In this document: positions 13,846-19,614 of the stretch, in pieces
Position numbering within the stretch: the first letter of the stretch is position 1
Layout: the number at the start of each line of letters is the position of its first letter
Source of the DNA: Microcoleaceae cyanobacterium
Lineage (GTDB): Bacteria; Cyanobacteriota; Cyanobacteriia; Cyanobacteriales; Microcoleaceae
NCBI GenBank assembly: GCA_051652765.1
Contig: JBOFUV010000094.1
Location: 1-19,614 of the forward strand
Length of the DNA: 19,614 bases
Reading direction: 5' to 3'
The notes under the pieces: generated by a model
Told to the model about the DNA's origin: nothing
The model's input: the letters and a program-made list of their open reading frames with translations, nothing else
Database searches by the model: none
Program-made: the position numbers and the translations under genes

Positions 13846-15138
13846 TTGAGTTTTGTTGCAATGACCACCCCGTCTGAGTCAGTTTTATCCCCTAATAATT
13901 GGCCATTTCTGCTCGATTTACTACCCCAATCTGCCTATTTAGTGGGAGGAGCGGTCAGAGACGGCTTGCTTTCCCGTCGGTCAAAACAGTTGGATTTGGA
14001 CTTTGTTTTGCCAGAGCAGGCGATTAAAACGGCCCGCCGGATTGCTAACTATTATAAAGCGGGGTTTGTTTTGTTGGACGCGGATCGTCAGATTGCCAGG
14101 GTTGTGTTTGGAGCAAAGTCAGGGGGAGCAACGGTGGATTTTGCTCAAATGGACGGAGAGACTGTAGAGCAAGATTTACAACGGCGGGACTATACTGTTA
14201 ACGCGATCGCCTACAATCCATTCACTCAAGAGATTATTGATCCGCTGCAAGGACAAGCGGACTTGCAGCAACGGCTGATCCGCATGGTTTCCCGCAAAAA
14301 TTTGCAGGATGATCCGTTGAGATTGTTGAGAGCTTACCGTCAAGCCGCACAGCTTGGATTTCAGCTTGAGCCTCAAACCCAAGCCACTTTACGTCAGTTG
14401 TCTCCGTCGCTGCCTCAAGTGGCTGTGGAGCGGATTCGGACTGAATTGAACTATTTGCTCAATCTCCCGCAAGCCACTCCTTGGATTCAAACAGCCTGGG
14501 AAGACGGCTTACTTGCCTTATGGTTTCCCCAAGCCCAGCAGCACTTTAATCGGTTAGCAGCCCTGGATCAGGTAGCAACAGACTTAGTTCAAACTTGGCC
14601 TCAATCTAAACTAACGCTGAAGTCAAAGCTGAATGCAGATCTAAGAGACACAATTAAAATTTCTCGACTCGCCGTTGCTAAATTGGCCACTCTGCTCACC
14701 CCCAATCCTAAAATTGCTGAACTGGAACTGGCCCAGTTAAAATACAGCAAAGTAGAATCCCGCAGTGCGATTCTCCTAGTGAGAAACTTGCAGCAAATTC
14801 ACCAGGTTTCCCCAGAAGATATGACCCTGAGCCAGCAATATCTTTTGTTTAGAAATACAGGAGATTTATTGCCCGCTCTCGTCGTTATGGCTATTGCAGA
14901 TGGTCTGACAACGGTATCAGTTTCTCCTTTAATTCATCGTTATCTCACTCCGGGCGATCCAGTCGCCCATCCCATTCCTTTAATTACTGGAAAAGCCCTA
15001 ATGAAAGAGCTATTTCTAGTTCCTAGTCCTCAGGTAGGTGAGTTGTTAGAAGCCATTCAACTCGCTCAAGTTGAGGGAAAAATCTCTACTGCAAGCGAGG
15101 CCATTCAGTTTGCAGAAAATAGATTGAGCAACAAGTAA
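13846..15138 (+). CDS. tRNA nucleotidyltransferase (class II), probably CC-adding type; start may be ATG 13861
   Basis: YLVGGAVRD, DLDF, DLQRRDYTVNAIA, DDPLRLLRAYR and ERI motifs. Confidence 0.92.
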   Translation: MSFVAMTTPSESVLSPNNWPFLLDLLPQSAYLVGGAVRDGLLSRRSKQLDLDFVLPEQAIKTARRIANYYKAGFVLLDADRQIARVVFGAKSGGATVDFAQMDGETVEQDLQRRDYTVNAIAYNPFTQEIIDPLQGQADLQQRLIRMVSRKNLQDDPLRLLRAYRQAAQLGFQLEPQTQATLRQLSPSLPQVAVERIRTELNYLLNLPQATPWIQTAWEDGLLALWFPQAQQHFNRLAALDQVATDLVQTWPQSKLTLKSKLNADLRDTIKISRLAVAKLATLLTPNPKIAELELAQLKYSKVESRSAILLVRNLQQIHQVSPEDMTLSQQYLLFRNTGDLLPALVVMAIADGLTTVSVSPLIHRYLTPGDPVAHPIPLITGKALMKELFLVPSPQVGELLEAIQLAQVEGKISTASEAIQFAENRLSNK

Positions 15139-15259
15139 TCTGTTCGATTAATCTTGATCCTGAAGCGGATGGCAGCAGGGAGATTTAGGAAAATTGCTCT
15201 GTATCACATCTGAACAAAAACGGCTGTAAGTTTAAGTATTAAAACAATCCAAGAGGAAT

Positions 15260-15348
15260 TTGGGGACAAAACCCCTAAGAAGGGGAAACGCCCCTTCACC
15301 CCATTTCACAAATTACCCTATTTCACAAATCATTGGGGATTGCTATAG
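15260..15348. repeat. Remnant of a cyanobacterial short intergenic repeat / MITE-like element
   Basis: GGGG/CCCC hairpins (15262-15275, 15279-15297), duplicated ATTTCACAAAT (15303, 15320) and a terminal TTCACAAATCATTGGGGATTGCTATAG that resembles cyanobacterial repeat ends as I recall them. Confidence 0.4.
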
Positions 15349-15464
15349 TTTACTAAAGTAATTTGGATGGATAGGGCATGGTGTGCTTTTGCTATTAACG
15401 ATCAACCTTATGCTCTCCCATAGATAAACCTTTTATATTTTGTAATTTACGTGTTTCATCCCCT

Positions 15465-16232
15465 ATGTTTCGTAACTTTATCAGAACTGCGCTCAATCTT
15501 TTTCTTAAACCCAACTGCCCCCTGTGCGATCGCCCAGCCAACGGGGAACTTTGCACCTACTGTACACGGCAGCTTTTACAGTACAAATCCCTTAACCATT
15601 ACCCGCTATCGAGCCAGGTTTCTGTGTTTGTTTGGGGAAGGCACGAGGGGCTTTTGAAGCGGGCGATCGCCTCAATGAAATACAATAATAATCCTCAAAT
15701 CGCTCAATTTTTGGGAGATCAATTGGCGGAGGGGTGGTTCAGTGATCTTGAATATCTAACAGAAAATTCAACAGAAAATTCAACAAGACCTGCCAAAGAT
15801 TCTGCAAAAAACCCTACAGAAACCTTAGTGGTTGTTCCGATTCCGATGTTTGTAGACAAACAAAAACAGCGAGGCTTTAATCAGGCAGAATTAATTGCCC
15901 GAAGTTTTTGTCGCGCGACAGGTTTACCCCTGAAATCTCAAGGTTTAGAACGTGTTCGGGAAACTCAGGCTCAGTTCCAACTCTCTGCCCAACAACGCCA
16001 GGAAAACTTAAAGGATGCCTTCAGTTTGGGTCAAGATTTTCGTCGTCATTTACCTAACGGTTCAGTCTTGTTGGTTGATGATGTTTTTACCACAGGAGCA
16101 ACGGTTCAAGCTGCAATTCAAGTCTTAACTCAAGCTAAGATTAAGGTTGCGGAAGTGATCACCGTTTCCACCACCAAACAGCCAACATTAATTAAGCCAA
16201 CATTAATTAAAAAGCAACGCCCATCTAAATAG
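15465..16232 (+). CDS. comF: ComF-family protein (zinc ribbon + PRTase-like domain)
   Basis: CPLC...CTYC, VVPIP, RGFNQAELIA and VLLVDDVFTTGAT motifs. Confidence 0.9.
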   Translation: MFRNFIRTALNLFLKPNCPLCDRPANGELCTYCTRQLLQYKSLNHYPLSSQVSVFVWGRHEGLLKRAIASMKYNNNPQIAQFLGDQLAEGWFSDLEYLTENSTENSTRPAKDSAKNPTETLVVVPIPMFVDKQKQRGFNQAELIARSFCRATGLPLKSQGLERVRETQAQFQLSAQQRQENLKDAFSLGQDFRRHLPNGSVLLVDDVFTTGATVQAAIQVLTQAKIKVAEVITVSTTKQPTLIKPTLIKKQRPSK

Positions 16233-16397
16233 GGGAAATCAATCAACTTGAATATGGTGTAACTATGCTGATGAAGTTCATGTTGTCCTTGCAAGCGATC
16301 TTTTAAAATAGCGATCGCCCCTAAAATCTCCGAACTTGCATATTGAGCTTCAACCAAATTAAACTCAAACTTATTGAGAGACAATAAACGGCTGTAT

Positions 16398-16435
16398 CTT
16401 TTAAAAACGTAACTTTTAAAAACGTAACTTTAAAA
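16398..16435. repeat. Short tandem duplication (15-bp unit)
   Basis: CTTTTAAAAACGTAA twice plus a partial copy. Confidence 0.8.
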
Positions 16436-16439
16436 CCTC

Positions 16440-17738
16440 TTAGTCAATGAGATTCCGATGGATAAATAATTTAGGATTATTTCCAGAGTAAGATGCTGCT
16501 AAATGACCATTTCCAACAACTTGATATTTGTAAGTAACTAAGCCGTCTAGACCAACCGGGCCACGAGGTGGTAGTTTACAGGTGCTAATACCAACTTCTG
16601 CTCCAAATCCATAGCGAAATCCATCTGCAAATCGAGTCGAACAGTTGTGATAAACGCCTGCCGCATCGACAAAATTTAAAAAGGTTTGAGCTGTTGCTTC
16701 ATCTTCAGTGACAATCGCTTCAGTGTGCCTAGAACCATAGGTGTTGATGTGAGAAATGGCTGTTTCTAAACTGTCTAAAACTTTAACTGAAAGGATTAAG
16801 TCATTATATTCTGTAGACCAATCTGTCTCTGTCGTTGGGTTCATTAAAACAATCTGTCTAGCAGTTTCATCTCCGCGCAACTCGACCTGACGAGCCTGAA
16901 GTTCAGTCACAACTTTTGGGAGAAATTCTTTTGCGATCGCCTGATGAACTAATAATGTTTCAATTGCATTACAGGCAGCAGGATAGTCTGTTTTTGCATC
17001 AACTGTAATCTGAATTGCTTTTTCTAGATCAGCAAATTGATCAATATAAAGATGGCACAAACCGTCAGCATGACCCAATACAGGAATCCGAGTATTCTCC
17101 TGAATTAATCGCACAAACGCATTCGACCCTCTGGGAATAATTAGATCAACATAGTCCTCTAATTTCAGCAGTTCTAAAATTTCTTCGCGGGTTGTGAGCA
17201 ACTGAACAGATTCTGGATTGACGGCTGTGTTTGAAAGTCCTTGCTGAAGGGCTTTTACAATCGCTTGGCAGGAATTGATTGCTTCTTTTCCACCTTTGAG
17301 AATTACCCCATTCCCTGATTTAATTGCCAACCCTGAAATCTGAATCACGGCATCCGGGCGAGCTTCAAATACAACTCCTAAAACTCCTAAAGGACAGGTG
17401 ATGCGCTTGAGAGTTAGCCCTGCATCTAGCTCTCGGTGAATTTGTACCTGCCCGACTGGGTCAAATAACTGACCTACCGCTCGCAACCCAGCGATCGCCC
17501 CCTTGAGTTTGGTTTCATCGAGTTTCAGGCGATTGTACAGCGACGTGGAAATGCCCTCAGTTTCAGCGTGTTGACAGTCTACGGCATTGGCAGCTAGTAT
17601 TTCTACAGCAGCAGTTTCTAGAGCATCAGCCATAGCTTCAATGGCTTGATTTCTAGCCTCTGTGGGCAATACAGCAAGCTTGTAAGCGGATTGGCGAGTG
17701 CTTTGAGCGAGTTCAACAAGAGGTATAGTCGTCATCAC
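16440..17738 (-). CDS. proA: Gamma-glutamyl phosphate reductase (glutamate-5-semialdehyde dehydrogenase)
   Basis: [65 protein letters not shown] and RGPVGL motifs. Confidence 0.97.
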   Translation of the reverse strand: MMTTIPLVELAQSTRQSAYKLAVLPTEARNQAIEAMADALETAAVEILAANAVDCQHAETEGISTSLYNRLKLDETKLKGAIAGLRAVGQLFDPVGQVQIHRELDAGLTLKRITCPLGVLGVVFEARPDAVIQISGLAIKSGNGVILKGGKEAINSCQAIVKALQQGLSNTAVNPESVQLLTTREEILELLKLEDYVDLIIPRGSNAFVRLIQENTRIPVLGHADGLCHLYIDQFADLEKAIQITVDAKTDYPAACNAIETLLVHQAIAKEFLPKVVTELQARQVELRGDETARQIVLMNPTTETDWSTEYNDLILSVKVLDSLETAISHINTYGSRHTEAIVTEDEATAQTFLNFVDAAGVYHNCSTRFADGFRYGFGAEVGISTCKLPPRGPVGLDGLVTYKYQVVGNGHLAASYSGNNPKLFIHRNLID

Positions 17739-17760
17739 GTTTCTCCGTTTCTATCCTAAT

Positions 17761-17788
17761 GTTCTACTAAGGTTCTACTAAGGTTCTA
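17761..17788. repeat. Short tandem duplication (11-bp unit)
   Basis: GTTCTACTAAG twice plus a partial copy. Confidence 0.8.
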
Positions 17789-17807
17789 TGTTCTGATTTA
17801 CCTTGCT

Positions 17808-19112
17808 TTATGTGGCATGTTTCCCGGTCACTGACAGCCCTTCAATAATAATCGACGGCGTATAGCAGGAGCCATTCCAATCTGCATCTCCCCCTAGCTG
17901 AACCACTTGCTTCAGCGCATTGTAAACATTGCCTGAAACCATGGTGTCCTTGATGCGACCAATGATTTCGCCTTTTTCAATCCGATAACCCAGCTCAACA
18001 TTGATGGAGAACTCCCCCGTAATTCCAGCACCCCCTCCCAACATTTGATCAACAATGATGCCTTGGTCAAGTCGTTGAACTAAGTCTAGAAAGGTTCCTT
18101 GTCCAGCATGAACCATCATATTAAATAAGCCTGGGGTAGGATAGCTATTTAATCCGGCTCGGAACCCATTCCCCGTTGTGCCACTCCCCAGGATTTTGCC
18201 CGTGGTTAGATCAGTGTAGAACAGTTGCAAAACGCCGTTTTGAACAAATACAATCGAGCGGGTTGGCGTACCTTCATCGTCAAAGGGGCAACTAAACGGC
18301 CCCTCAGTCGGGGATTGGGAAATGGTCAACGCGGAAGACATCACTGCCGAACTCAGGCGATCGCTCCAGGGAGAGGCTCCTTCTAGAACTTGTTTCCCAT
18401 TCAGGGCAGCAGCAACCGTACCCCACAGCATATCGGCGGCCTTGGCGGTGAACAAGACAGGAACCCGTCCTGGCAGGGAGGACACATTCTCTTGGGCCCA
18501 GCTCAATCGGCGTAAAATCTGCTCGGCTAGCAGCTTGGGGTTCAGAATATCTCGCTGGGTTTGACCATCAGAGACGTTGAGAAAATCATCTCCTCGAATC
18601 CATTCTGTTTCCATATAGCCACTCAGGGTCGTATCGGTGTGACTACACTCTAGTCCGAGGGAATTCACTAAGCGCGTGGACTCAACCTCGCAATCCCACT
18701 CTGCTGTACAGATAATCTCAGGGTAGGCATCTCGAATCAGAGCGATCGCCTCTCTCCCCCAAGTAATTAATTGTTCTACTGTGACTAATTTTCCCAAATC
18801 AGGGTAAGACTGGCTGAGAGACTCCGCAGACAATGCAATCGGTTCAGATTCATTGAGGCAGCTCAGGGCGATCGCTCGCTCTACCAACTTCTTCGGGTCT
18901 ACTGGCCCATAGGCAACTGCTAAACCAGGCCGTCCCTCACACCATAATCGTAGGGCAGTTCCTTCAGTTTGGATGCTTTCGAGTTGCTTTAATCGATTGG
19001 CTTCAAAAAAGACAGGTCGAGATTCGGACTGAGACTGAAAAACTTCTGCCGCTTCGGCTCCGGCTCTTGCTGCCAAATCCAGTAGCTGTTCGGCTAAATG
19101 GTCAGGGGTCAT
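17808..19112 (-). CDS. TldD/PmbA-family protein (PmbA/TldE-like)
   Basis: AEAAEVF, PFDDEGTP, TTGNGFR, TGEFS and MVSGN motifs; no HExxGH motif seen, consistent with the non-catalytic PmbA subunit. Confidence 0.9.
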   Translation of the reverse strand: MTPDHLAEQLLDLAARAGAEAAEVFQSQSESRPVFFEANRLKQLESIQTEGTALRLWCEGRPGLAVAYGPVDPKKLVERAIALSCLNESEPIALSAESLSQSYPDLGKLVTVEQLITWGREAIALIRDAYPEIICTAEWDCEVESTRLVNSLGLECSHTDTTLSGYMETEWIRGDDFLNVSDGQTQRDILNPKLLAEQILRRLSWAQENVSSLPGRVPVLFTAKAADMLWGTVAAALNGKQVLEGASPWSDRLSSAVMSSALTISQSPTEGPFSCPFDDEGTPTRSIVFVQNGVLQLFYTDLTTGKILGSGTTGNGFRAGLNSYPTPGLFNMMVHAGQGTFLDLVQRLDQGIIVDQMLGGGAGITGEFSINVELGYRIEKGEIIGRIKDTMVSGNVYNALKQVVQLGGDADWNGSCYTPSIIIEGLSVTGKHAT

Positions 19113-19233
19113 GAATAAGGTTGGTTTGGCGCGTTGTCATCGTTCCATCCTACCTTGAGGGGGGTCACTTGAATTCGCCAATATCATCGTAAATTCTGCT
19201 ATGGACTCCCTTGGCAAATTTGATCCTGAGAAT

Positions 19234-19614
19234 TCAGGGTTTGTAGTCTAGGGTTGTTCTAATGAGTTCTTCCACACCTGTCACAGGCAGGATCGGAATC
19301 CCGAGAACTTGCGAAATCTCCGCAACAGTTCTATCGTCAAGAAACAAGTCTTCACCCTGTTTCAGCATGACCGAGGGCAGTAATAGAGCATCTCCTAACG
19401 CTTTGCCCTGCAAACCTTGGAGCAAATCCTCACCCGTGAGTAACCCCGTAACCGTAATCTCCTGTCCCCAATATTGACTATTGAGTGCCACCATTTGGAC
19501 TTCAACTCCTGGAACTTGGTTGAGCCGCTCGACAACAGGCTGAAAGGCAACTTCTACGGCATTCCCAACCACCCAGGTGAATTTGCCAGGGGTCGAACGG
19601 GAGAAGGTTGCAGC
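19234..19614 (-). CDS. DUF512 / TIGR03279-family Fe-S protein, 3' part (partial)
   Basis: The frame is open to the window edge; TWVVGNAV, YWGQEITVTGLLTGEDL, LLLPSVML and FLDD motifs. Confidence 0.85.
   Translation of the reverse strand, partial: AATFSRSTPGKFTWVVGNAVEVAFQPVVERLNQVPGVEVQMVALNSQYWGQEITVTGLLTGEDLLQGLQGKALGDALLLPSVMLKQGEDLFLDDRTVAEISQVLGIPILPVTGVEELIRTTLDYKP

Noticed and set aside
16130..16384. 84-aa minus-strand ORF between comF and proA
   Set aside because: TTG start, ~100-bp overlap with the comF 3' end and no recognisable family. A small gene remnant cannot be excluded.

Overview
Cyanobacterial chromosome window (HIP1 GCGATCGC octamers; typical cyanobacterial housekeeping genes). 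Bases ~13.8-19.6 kb are ordinary host genes: tRNA nucleotidyltransferase (probably CC-adding), ComF-family protein, proA, PmbA/TldD-family protein and the 3' part of a DUF512/TIGR03279-family gene. Bases 1 to ~13.8 kb are the right-hand part of an integrated virus-like element whose left end lies outside the window. It contains a leftward operon of small ORFans; a putative immunity switch with three palindromic TACACGTGTA-type operators spaced exactly 30 bp apart next to a ribbon-helix-helix-like gene nested inside a second reading frame; a FimB/FimE-like tyrosine recombinase; a putative virion module; and a holin-like/C39-peptidase lysis cassette. The virion module includes a fibre with seven 19-aa HxH repeats, an 80-aa protein plus a tandem two-domain paralogue, and several beta-rich and large proteins. 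I could not recognise terminase, portal, HK97 capsid, tail tube/baseplate or Zot genes in it, and four of its genes alternate strand with almost no intergenic space (two divergent start codons share one CATG). It is therefore a candidate for an unclassified, possibly tailless, temperate cyanobacterial virus. All family calls come from motif recognition by eye; no searches were run.
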